37,184 bases of DNA from a virus. Its lineage: Duplodnaviria > Caudoviricetes. Within the stretch, counting starts at the first letter, position 1; every line of letters begins with the position of its first letter. Positions 9,601 through 16,010 of this stretch are shown piece after piece. Below the pieces are notes generated by a model. That model worked only from the letters and a program-made list of their open reading frames with translations, did no database searches and had not been told where the DNA came from. Where the stretch lies: positions 1 to 37,184 of the IMG/VR virus record IMGVR_UViG_3300037483_001167; one strand, written 5' to 3'. The position numbers were made by a program, and so were the translations under genes.

Positions 9601-12600
9601 CGAAGTAGGCGCGGATCTCGGCCTCGGTGGCGTCGCGCTGCCGCTCGGAAAAGGGCTGCGAGACGCGCGCCATGAAGGCGCTCCCCTGGGAATAAGGGGC
9701 GTCGCTGAAGCCGAGCAGGGTATAGGCGGTTTCGGGGAAGTGGCGGGCGTGCGCTTCGAGGCGGTCGAGATAGTCCGACCAGGTTTCGTCGGGCCACAGG
9801 ACCTTGCGCTTATGGACGAGGCCGGAGTCAGCCTCAAGTATAACCTGTTGTTCGGTCCCCTGAATAGGTCGCCCTTCACGCTCGGTCTGAGCGTTCCAGG
9901 CGTCAGTGAACCCCTTGTGGTCGGCTAGGAGGTCGTTTTGCTCGGCCCATCGGCGGAGGGCGTCGGACTGACGCTTTTGGAGAGTTTCGACGGTTCCTGA
10001 ATCCTGTTCGATGCCCTGAATTGCTCTCCGAACTTCCGCAATTCTTCGTCCGCCGGTGCCTTGAAGGTTTCCTTCACCAGTGTCATTGTCTTTCTCCTTT
10101 TCCGCCTTACCGGCGGCGGGGCTTACTTCCCGGCGCTCTGCTGCGCCTCCCGTCGTTTCAGCACTTCCTGCTGTTCTTTCTCGCTCTCCACCCCTCGCCG
10201 GGCCAGTTCCGCGTACAGCTCCTCCGGCTTGTCCTCCAGGTGCGACAGTCCCAGCCGCTTCAGGCGCTCGTGCGTCGACATCGGTTGCCTCCTTCTTGAG
10301 TTCTTCTACTTTTCGATCTACTTCGCTGCGCAGCTTCTCCGGGGTCTTGAACCCCCGGAACTCTCCCGCCGCCCCAACGATCCCGACCCCCGGAGCCCGT
10401 CCCTGCTTGCTGTGGGCGATGCGGTCCAGGCCGTGTTTCCTGGCATAAAGTGTAGCACGGTTTTGCGCTGCTGCCAGCGCCTTTTTCACCTCTACGTCCG
10501 AGGCGTCCGGCACCACCGCGCCGAACTCGTCGCCGCCCTTGCGGAAAACCTGCGCCTGCGGCGAAATCTTCTCCATCTCCTCCCTGACGATCCCGGCAAG
10601 CGCCTTCAGGTGCGGATCGGCACCGGAGGTACCCAGGGCGGAGTTCATCCCTCCCAGGTTGCGCACGTCGATCTCGGCGTAGGAGAAGTTGCGCCCCTTC
10701 GTCTCGAATTCGCTCCAGGCGCGGGCCAGGGTCGGTTCGAAGTGCTTGACCGGGATCAGTCCCGTCACCGGGTCGGCGGAGCGTTCCGCCTGGCGGCGCT
10801 CCTCGACGATAGCCCGGTGGGCCGGATGGTCCGCGTCCAGTCCATGTTTGACGAGTATCTGTGATTCGCTTTGCGCCTGAACGTCCGCCTGGTGGAGAAA
10901 TAGCCCCCGCTGCTCCTCTGTCAGCTCGTCTTCCAAGTCGACCTTGGCCGCGGTCTCGGTCTTGCCTGCGGCGACCACCTTACCGGCGCCGGCAAGATGA
11001 TCATGGACCTCCGCCAGATCCGCAGCCCTGAAGACCTCTGCCCCCGCTTTGTCCGTGATTGAAAACGAGCCGTCTTTCTGTTTGATCGAAAGATTCAGTC
11101 CCCGGGCGAGCGCCTGCCGCTTCAGGATCGGATGGGTGAGCTGCGACGGCGGCACTGCCGGAATCGAAGCGGCCCGTTCCGGAGACTGCCCGAATTGTTC
11201 CACCAGTTGCCGGTATCCTTCGTCAATCGGCAGCTCGGCCACGCGTCGCACCGCCTCGGCAAAATCCTTCCGAGACTGTCCCACCTGCGGCCTCAGCGTC
11301 ACATCCCGCCCGTCCACCGCAAAGGTGATCGAAGAAGCCGAAGCGGCCTTGATCGAGATCCCGGAGGTTTCTTCCGCCGGTTCCCTGGCGACGCCCCCCA
11401 GCGGCGCGGAGGTATCTCCGTCTCTGAGCCAGCCCTTGAACTGCTCGGCATTCATCTCCGTCAGCGCCCCCAGGCGCTGATCCCCCTTGCCGTCCGAAAA
11501 ACCCGACCGATACAGCTCGGCGGCGGCGTCCCGGTCGGCGGTACCGAGAATCACTTTGTGTTCGTCGAAAGCGCCGGTCTGGTGGTCCAGCTGATCCACC
11601 ACGAACACCTTCTCGCTCTCCGGTTGCGGACCGACATAGACATCCACGAACTCGCCGTCGGCGCCCTCGGTCTTGCGGATATAGCCGTAGTGCGCCGGCA
11701 TCGTCACCGACCAGTCCTTGCCATCCGGATCGGTGCCGCTGCGTTCGGACCCCTGCGGGTTCTCGATGGAGATATCCAGCCCGAGAAGCCGCAGCTTCCC
11801 TTTCTTGTAATTCCCCGCCTCGATCTGCGCCGGTGTCGGTTCCGGTGTATCGTTGGTCGGCGACGTGGCCGCCTCGTGGGCCTTGGCGTCGACCTCCGGG
11901 GAGACCGTTTTCGTGATTCGGGACTCGGGACCTGTCCCTAAATCCCCCCCCCGCACTGCGGGCATTTCTTCCTGCGCCCCGCCGACTTCTTGCCGCATTC
12001 CGGACAGATCATTGTTGACTCCTTCTCGATAGAGGGGCGCACCCCCGCCAGCCAGCTTCCTGCGGCTCTCGGCGATCTGCCCGTCGCTCATTCCCTTTGT
12101 AGCCAGCCGCTCGTTGACCATCTCGTCGATCTGCTGCGAGAGGATCGCCGTCCCCTCCGGAGTGACGGCGATAGCCGGAGCCGGCAGAGCGAGGGTCGGC
12201 GTCGCAGGCAGCGCCTTATCCTTTGCCCTTTCCAGAGCTCCCGCCGGTTTCGGAGCCATGCCCGCAGCGGGCGCCGGAGGCGTAACTGCGGCCGGTGCGC
12301 CCGTCGCGCGTCCGTCCGCCGCTTCCTGGATCAGATCGATTCCCACCGGGCCCTTCTGTGCCTGGGGAGCCGCCATCGACTGCCACAGGTCGGCCAGCTC
12401 GCCGTCGCGCTCCCGCAGTTCGGCCTCGACCAGACCCACCGCCTTCAGGCGCGTCTCCAGCGGGACCCCTTCGAGGGTCAGTGCGTCGTGAACCGCTCTT
12501 CTCTTTGCATTGGATTGAATCCCCGCACCGGTCCCCAGAAGCCCCGCCATGATGATGGTCGGGCCGATCACGGGGGCCACGTCAGCAAAGCCCGGCATCT

Positions 12601-13477
12601 CCGGCCGCTGCCCGTAAGCGTAGTCGGCCGAGCCGCCCGCGTATTCCTGACTCATCTCCATCGGCACTTCGGCGGCGATCGTCTTGAGGATGTCCTTGCC
12701 GATATCCAGGGGGGCCTTGCGGTTGGCACCGGCTATCCGCGCAATCAGTTTGCCCTGCAGCCCCTTCGGCAGCATCTTGGAAATTTTGAAAGGGACGAAG
12801 GATTGCAGCGCCTCGACGCCCCCTTCGGCCGCTCCCTTCAGATTGGCGTAGTCCACCCGGTCGGATTCAGGGAGCCCCTCGGCCTCGTCGTACGCCTGCT
12901 GCGCCGTATCCCCCCAGAACTGCCCGCCCGTCACCGCCGCCCCGACGATCGGGTTACCCGTCGCCACCGTCGCCGCCAGGCCCGGCGCCATCATGCCCAG
13001 GCTCTCCATCCCCGGATAGACCCAGCCGCGAACGTTCCACGGGCTCTCCTCGCGCTCCGCCACGCTGGTCTTCGACTCGGCGAACGTCCCGGCGTTGCGG
13101 GCCAGGCGCTCGTCTACCCACTCGGCCGCGCCGCGTCCCGCCTCCTCGACGGCCGACCCTTCCGGTGCGAACCACTGCGCCGCCCGGGCCACCCCGGCCG
13201 CGCCGCGCATGAAGCCCGAGGTCCCCGCACGCACCACATCGCCGCCCAGTCCCGAGGCGCCATCCCCATTAGGCCGCGAGTTCTCGTAGGCCTCCTGTTC
13301 GATCTCCTGCGCGCGGGCCTCGAGGTAAGGCTTGTCTTCGGCCGGCGAGGGTTGATCTTTCGGCAGATACTTGTCCAGGCGCGGCGTCGCCGTTTTTTGT
13401 TCCGCACGCGGAGACGGTGCAGGGGGAGCCTCTTCGGCGGGTTCGTCTTTCGGCAGGTATTTTTCGAGAAAGGACAT
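3677..13477 (-). CDS. Giant (3266 aa) polyvalent internal virion / DNA-ejection protein: InPase-like, GGDEF, kinase-like, LPD5, HExxH peptidase + LPD1, second HExxH peptidase, PLxRFG-like C-terminus
   Basis: Single 9.8-kb ORF after the small ejection genes. Motifs: AGNYKKG..ISIENP.GS.R...HYGYI..TEGADG..VDVYVG...FDEHKV; DPVTG...RKGGDEF; GTEQQV...DLGPNN...FDP; IGDFGEVLEGARK...SKSWPEPDY; RGVQFGNYV...LAHELFH...YWS...ARSFEAYV; GHELAH; YLPRLRKDG. Confidence 0.9.
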   Translation of the reverse strand: MSFLEKYLPKDEPAEEAPPAPSPRAEQKTATPRLDKYLPKDQPSPAEDKPYLEARAQEIEQEAYENSRPNGDGASGLGGDVVRAGTSGFMRGAAGVARAAQWFAPEGSAVEEAGRGAAEWVDERLARNAGTFAESKTSVAEREESPWNVRGWVYPGMESLGMMAPGLAATVATGNPIVGAAVTGGQFWGDTAQQAYDEAEGLPESDRVDYANLKGAAEGGVEALQSFVPFKISKMLPKGLQGKLIARIAGANRKAPLDIGKDILKTIAAEVPMEMSQEYAGGSADYAYGQRPEMPGFADVAPVIGPTIIMAGLLGTGAGIQSNAKRRAVHDALTLEGVPLETRLKAVGLVEAELRERDGELADLWQSMAAPQAQKGPVGIDLIQEAADGRATGAPAAVTPPAPAAGMAPKPAGALERAKDKALPATPTLALPAPAIAVTPEGTAILSQQIDEMVNERLATKGMSDGQIAESRRKLAGGGAPLYREGVNNDLSGMRQEVGGAQEEMPAVRGGDLGTGPESRITKTVSPEVDAKAHEAATSPTNDTPEPTPAQIEAGNYKKGKLRLLGLDISIENPQGSERSGTDPDGKDWSVTMPAHYGYIRKTEGADGEFVDVYVGPQPESEKVFVVDQLDHQTGAFDEHKVILGTADRDAAAELYRSGFSDGKGDQRLGALTEMNAEQFKGWLRDGDTSAPLGGVAREPAEETSGISIKAASASSITFAVDGRDVTLRPQVGQSRKDFAEAVRRVAELPIDEGYRQLVEQFGQSPERAASIPAVPPSQLTHPILKRQALARGLNLSIKQKDGSFSITDKAGAEVFRAADLAEVHDHLAGAGKVVAAGKTETAAKVDLEDELTEEQRGLFLHQADVQAQSESQILVKHGLDADHPAHRAIVEERRQAERSADPVTGLIPVKHFEPTLARAWSEFETKGRNFSYAEIDVRNLGGMNSALGTSGADPHLKALAGIVREEMEKISPQAQVFRKGGDEFGAVVPDASDVEVKKALAAAQNRATLYARKHGLDRIAHSKQGRAPGVGIVGAAGEFRGFKTPEKLRSEVDRKVEELKKEATDVDARAPEAAGTVAPGGQAGGAVRGTGPARGGERERTAGSAETTGGAAERREVSPAAGKAEKEKDNDTGEGNLQGTGGRRIAEVRRAIQGIEQDSGTVETLQKRQSDALRRWAEQNDLLADHKGFTDAWNAQTEREGRPIQGTEQQVILEADSGLVHKRKVLWPDETWSDYLDRLEAHARHFPETAYTLLGFSDAPYSQGSAFMARVSQPFSERQRDATEAEIRAYFEGKGFESFEDPKFAKLGIRAFKYLKWRHKETGHVVSDLGPNNIWMEVSGTVAVFDPNIEVEQAQPVAESVKPQQGRVKAETKKEAIGDFGEVLEGARKMYAEAYRDKMESAMEADIAAEPLSKSWPEPDYAKLLNEGADPWTVAFVRSLRDEVPSKPQKGWKLKGWAERTGELRENAQALLDGSLSREQTEKILGKEGIVARLRPSLTGRAELYQAVGHEKSLKGIHVSAGSYGVFEGKQYNPPKVIWAVEKKAKTTAFSNWPRVLGQGDTKEAAIADFKKKFGETDLNEKAEKQVRFNLYSDTTTQKVFIGKKLGRDVVRLKDFATVQEARAYLAQNQSELESLLKTFKEIPAERREGNTPRVGIDHRSGGDVTPESFAETFAPRGVQFGNYVENDRRQRDLNEAYDALMDLAGVLDLPPKALFLNGELGLAFGARGKGGTHAAKAHYEPDTVVINLTKGDGAGSLAHELFHGIDNYFARMTGRRDGYMTESPRGDGVRPEMVQAFKGIMDAIAATGMKGRSRKLDATRSKDYWSTNLEQAARSFEAYVIARLQDQGASNDYLANIVSEQYWEATAALGLEKEASYPYPTEEEMPGIRAAFDRFFETVETKETEKGVALYSVRQTILTGDSGLGEVAVTPSRPLPFIRKVLETENLEQVFVKGGNVDALREVAKSFGKTIVFFRQRGPGTGRPGSVGAGDTAALQDKQPAGDSARAGMAGRGDQGEAGRPSGIVGGFVHPGRPDLIYLNVAAPEHLLRLTGHELAHSLRKEDPALWKELTDGLRPLIRNWAEYRATLSDKRYASLTEDEQFEELVGDVVGHNFMNELFWQEMAEAAPTVFRRIARKAVALLSRALQLLSTRKGVERYVSDLTQTRAVVAKALLRYGEKARKGMYEKYAQERDAGYLGQRIDGAAILRELRAAGISDELIMKAVGGTRAETDGEDFKFSIVQSVRDRTEATKVFAGKLTAKRMKMVFESFSDWLPPELKTGFASVLSNPHYDSKKSKPRTDVYDLSLKRSDNANEMKVDIMSTDGDYEGLEGFRDHHGRAKKDEKGDIDKILVVGDEKSVEYTEEQLDGTDNPLGRTVAEVVKKAYFAARQTIAKATEVLFDRLGRLRLLPHEGQEYYQELIDLLDEGLSADEVKRRLGINQEAIAAYLGIQSSRKRLDVLIKPYNTQAWSTLLRQLIERGVSAAQVENDYYKSWDLVEAFREVRKQLGDKKITTAEKHLKAQWYKTLVELLEKREDHPMMQKLELFNAYKGVQEYDSRLAELKADWGKLKGYLPRLRKDGRWHVKVYEVDTETGELAEVFMRPAKTKGGANWLKADIDDALGKNRLREFIPRRYREGAAYEVRVEKNRATPEEIFMGLGSHRSIEALFSKIVEELNAAGRIDNPLGLQNQMLEILHEEISVRGFGKHKMHRSKDLIEGYETENTPAIISQFVGGMAGYLSKAEFAMRANKVMGEIPADQGEDKIWVKHYVDDALKNATYVDQVLGTLRSFAALMFLGFKISSAALNGTQNYIWGQAVLSKHTKGATRKLLKAQHDVVKDHLLIKAGKESILTEEERWALEEGSRKGRTSANYVRSMSGLDDTGGVMGKGQSAVRWLTEKSMMPFQMVETYWNREPALLAMFRVARAEGLSKEAALEKAMKFSDDVHFVIGKENIPALLRKLGPIGRTLYTFQSYPHNYLLGMFTSLQNKEFAVVARSLTALVLFGGLAAVPFGDDLDKWYRRIFGERPLRMLEKWLRETAGNYTDFGDQIADFVLHGAPALGGVNFSRALAVNVPWFSAEDESMAERVTGVWGGMAQKVVYGMDAAGKGDFWRAAEYVSPQFIANALRGVRNATDGATTMSGGPVFGGDGKQERYTAGEGVIRAFGFMPLRPSKESEARWDTVRARQHWTNRKADVLARWRIADTQEERQEAMEAIREFKRDLREAPGGVLVPDLNGGTLIRALRWKPDRRELLYRQQLRRQE
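7363..7599 (-). CDS. Nested +1-frame ORF D (78 aa) inside the giant gene
   Basis: AAGGAGG at 7608-7614, 8 nt before ATG; overlaps a G/R/A-rich insertion in the second peptidase region; core LRHYKTSSLPAILRGLGWPDEAIREKLAARR looks protein-like. Confidence 0.55.
   Translation of the reverse strand: MPCGKSPRVLEKPSSSSASGDRVPEDLDLSGPGILRHYKTSSLPAILRGLGWPDEAIREKLAARRGSSADSSTPDAPI
9925..10086 (-). CDS. Nested +1-frame ORF C (53 aa) MTLVKETFKAPADEELRKFGEQFRASNRIQEPSKLSKSVSPTPSADGPSKTTS
   Basis: AAGGAG at 10094-10099, 7 nt before ATG; directly in front of the kinase-like domain. Confidence 0.55.
   Translation of the reverse strand: MTLVKETFKAPADEELRKFGEQFRASNRIQEPSKLSKSVSPTPSADGPSKTTS
10123..10281 (-). 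CDS. Nested +1-frame ORF B (52 aa) MSTHERLKRLGLSHLEDKPEELYAELARRGVESEKEQQEVLKRREAQQSAGK
   Basis: AAGGAGG at 10288-10294, 6 nt before ATG; 43 of 51 non-start codons end in G/C by hand count, while the host frame becomes A/T-ending and low-complexity; starts right after the GGDEF domain. Confidence 0.7.
   Translation of the reverse strand: MSTHERLKRLGLSHLEDKPEELYAELARRGVESEKEQQEVLKRREAQQSAGK
11938..12012 (-). CDS. Nested +1-frame ORF A (24 aa) zinc-ribbon peptide MICPECGKKSAGRRKKCPQCGGGI
   Basis: AAGGAG at 12019-12024, 6 nt before ATG; two CPxCG knuckles; just before the InPase-like domain. Confidence 0.65.
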   Translation of the reverse strand: MICPECGKKSAGRRKKCPQCGGGI

Positions 13478-13529
13478 TCGGGGCTCCGATCGAATTGCTG
13501 CTATTTTACAAAGGGGACCATCAGGAAGA

Positions 13530-15137
13530 TCATCGCCACCCGGGGAAGCGAGGATCTTCCTGGGCCTTTTTGACGTGGGAGGTCATTCCTTGGACCGCCA
13601 GGGGAATGAGCCCCTTTTCCTGTACCTCGTCGGACTTGAGATATTCCACCATCCCGCGCCGCTGCGGCTTCGGGGCAGGGTCCGTCTTCCGTGCATTCTC
13701 GCCGAGGGTCCGTGCCAGCACCGCATACTCAATCGGGCTGGTCCGGCTCAACTCCTCCAGGTAGCCTATCGCCTCTTCCTTCCCGGCCGCTTCTGCGTTC
13801 TTCAGCCCCTGCTGCAGGGCGCTCAGTCGCTGCGGCGGAACCTGGTCGATGGCGTCCTGCGTCACCCCCTGGTCCGGATCGGCGGGTCCTTGCTGCTCGA
13901 CGCCATTTTTCCGGCTGGTATACCCGTATGCCTTGTTTGCCGCCAGGATCGGCGTCAGAGAGCCGTCGGCCATGAAGTTCTCCCCCGCCTGTCGAGCGGC
14001 GTTGTAGCGATCGCGCATCTCCTTCGGCATTTTGGAGACCACGCGCTGCATGTCCACCCGCTGGTTGCCGAGGGCATCGGTCACCATCGTGTCCGCCATC
14101 TCCTTCTGCTCGGCAGGGAGAGACGCCTGGAACTCGGACAGAAACTGCTTGTTGAGCTGATCGTCGAAGAGCTTGTAGGCGTCGTTGTCCACCGCCAGTC
14201 CGCCCTTGCCGTTTTTGCCCCCCTTGCCGTCCGCGTCGGCAATCGGCCCGTGAATCTTCCGGACCAGCTCGCCGGTGTCCTTGTAGACCAGCTCCCTTCC
14301 GCCGTCGTCCGAGCCGACCTGCATTACCTCGCGGTCCTTGTCTTTGATCTTCCCCCTGGATTTCAGATAACCCTTTGCGCCCTCGTAGGTCAGGACCTGC
14401 CCCACCAGATACGGCGTAACGTCCTCCATCTTGAAGATCTTGACCGCGTTGTCCCCGTCCTCGGCCGTGCCGCCGTTCTCCGTGGCCGGAGCGCGGTATC
14501 GGGTGCCGTCCGGTTTGGTGATCTCCAGCTCGGCCATGAAGCCGTCCCCCTGGGGAGAGGGAAGCAACCGCGAAAACTCCACCTTCTTGGCGCCGTATTT
14601 CTGTCCCCGGGCTTCGAGCTCGGGCGCAAAAGCGATGTTGGCGTCCTTGAGCGTGTCGTCGTGGGCGAGATCGCCGTTGCGCAGTCGCCCCAGAATGTTC
14701 TTCGTCGCGGCGCTGCGCTCCTCCACCTTCGCCGGGTCGTACAGGTCGGCGAGTTTCTTCCTCAGTTCTCCCTTGACCGGCTCCAGCCTGCCCATCAGAC
14801 CTTCAACCTCCCCCGGCCCCCAGTCCTTGACCCCGTTCGCCTCCATTTGAGAGGTGAACTCATACAAAATATCGTCGGCCCTCGTGCGGGCCTTCTCGAC
14901 GGCCCCTTCCCGCCACTCGCCCAGCTTATGCGTCCTCTCCTTCTCCTGCCAGGCTGAGTTCGTCGCATTCGCCGCCTTATTCATGTTGAACGTCTCGTCC
15001 GCCCGCGCCTCCTGGCGGCTCATCATGTCGCGACTGAACAGACGGTCCTCCCGGGCCTGGTCCAGCTGCTCCTGCCGCTGGTCCATCCCCTTGAGTGCCG
15101 CAAACGTATTGATCGCCCGTGCAATCGGATCAGCCAT
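13530..15137 (-). CDS. Putative internal virion / DNA-ejection protein (535 aa)
   Basis: Helical, charged, Cys-free; GGGAGG RBS; syntenic between the small ejection genes and the giant gene. Confidence 0.7.
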   Translation of the reverse strand: MADPIARAINTFAALKGMDQRQEQLDQAREDRLFSRDMMSRQEARADETFNMNKAANATNSAWQEKERTHKLGEWREGAVEKARTRADDILYEFTSQMEANGVKDWGPGEVEGLMGRLEPVKGELRKKLADLYDPAKVEERSAATKNILGRLRNGDLAHDDTLKDANIAFAPELEARGQKYGAKKVEFSRLLPSPQGDGFMAELEITKPDGTRYRAPATENGGTAEDGDNAVKIFKMEDVTPYLVGQVLTYEGAKGYLKSRGKIKDKDREVMQVGSDDGGRELVYKDTGELVRKIHGPIADADGKGGKNGKGGLAVDNDAYKLFDDQLNKQFLSEFQASLPAEQKEMADTMVTDALGNQRVDMQRVVSKMPKEMRDRYNAARQAGENFMADGSLTPILAANKAYGYTSRKNGVEQQGPADPDQGVTQDAIDQVPPQRLSALQQGLKNAEAAGKEEAIGYLEELSRTSPIEYAVLARTLGENARKTDPAPKPQRRGMVEYLKSDEVQEKGLIPLAVQGMTSHVKKAQEDPRFPGWR

Positions 15138-15158
15138 ATCCCCGTCCTCCCGAAAAAA

Positions 15159-15419
15159 TCAAAAAAGGTCCGCGCCGAAATAACCCGCCACGCCGCCGAC
15201 CACGCCGCCGATGAGAGTCCCCCAGGGTCCGGCGGCGCTGCCGACCATCGCCCCGGTCGCCATGCCGCTGCCGGCCATGCTCATCTTGGTCTGCTTCTCC
15301 TGCGCTTCCAGCTGCTCCCCGGCCGCCTCCCGCTCCAGCCCCATCCGCGCGGCCTTGCGCATCCCGTCCATGGCCTGGGATTTCGTCGAGGCTCCGGTGT
15401 TCAGAATATTCATTCCCAT
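15159..15419 (-). CDS. Small glycine-zipper protein, putative ejection protein
   Basis: C-terminal GSGMATGAMVGSAAGPWGTLIGGVVGGVAG glycine zipper; coupled to upstream stop. Confidence 0.75.
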   Translation of the reverse strand: MGMNILNTGASTKSQAMDGMRKAARMGLEREAAGEQLEAQEKQTKMSMAGSGMATGAMVGSAAGPWGTLIGGVVGGVAGYFGADLF

Positions 15420-15926
15420 CTATTCGCCCTCCTTCTTCAATCCACCGGTGCTCACCCCGCCGGCGAGCATCCCGGCGTCGCGCTCGATGAGCCCCTGCCG
15501 GGTGCGGTTTCGGGTGTCGACCAGCGACAGGGTGCGGTTCAGGCCGAAGGCCCGGTCCGTTTCCTGCTGCATCTGCGTATCCGGGTTCATGCCGTATTTC
15601 GCCATAGTGCGCCCGTACGAGCCCCGGGCCACGTCGAACCCGGCCTCCGCCTTTGCCATCGCCTCCCCCAGGATGCGCTTGTGCACCTCGGGATTGTTGT
15701 AGGTCGCAACCAGCTCGTCCTCGAGCGGGAAGAAGCGGGTGACGTAGTCGTTCCACTGGTCACGATAGATCCCGGCCATGACGTCGTCGGGATTGGCAGC
15801 GGCGGCAGCTGCGCTGTTCGCCTTCATGTCCTGCCATCGATTTGTCCGGGGCGGAGGCGTGGAAGCGGCTTCCTCCCCGCCATCCAGGCCTGTACGCGGT
15901 ACGAACGGCTCCGTCTCTGTGCTCAC
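15420..15926 (-). CDS. Putative internal virion protein (168 aa)
   Basis: GTG start with TAAGGAG RBS; motif A.IYRDQWNDYVTRFFPLEDEL resembles the neighbouring gene's LAEISRNQLARYEATFAPFEDEW. Confidence 0.7.
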   Translation of the reverse strand: MSTETEPFVPRTGLDGGEEAASTPPPRTNRWQDMKANSAAAAAANPDDVMAGIYRDQWNDYVTRFFPLEDELVATYNNPEVHKRILGEAMAKAEAGFDVARGSYGRTMAKYGMNPDTQMQQETDRAFGLNRTLSLVDTRNRTRQGLIERDAGMLAGGVSTGGLKKEGE

Positions 15927-16010
15927 GTCTGTCTCCTTAATAGATCGACTTGACCCGCACGCCCGAGGCGTTCGTCAGGTACTCGCCTCCCTGCGAATCG
16001 GTCATCGACG

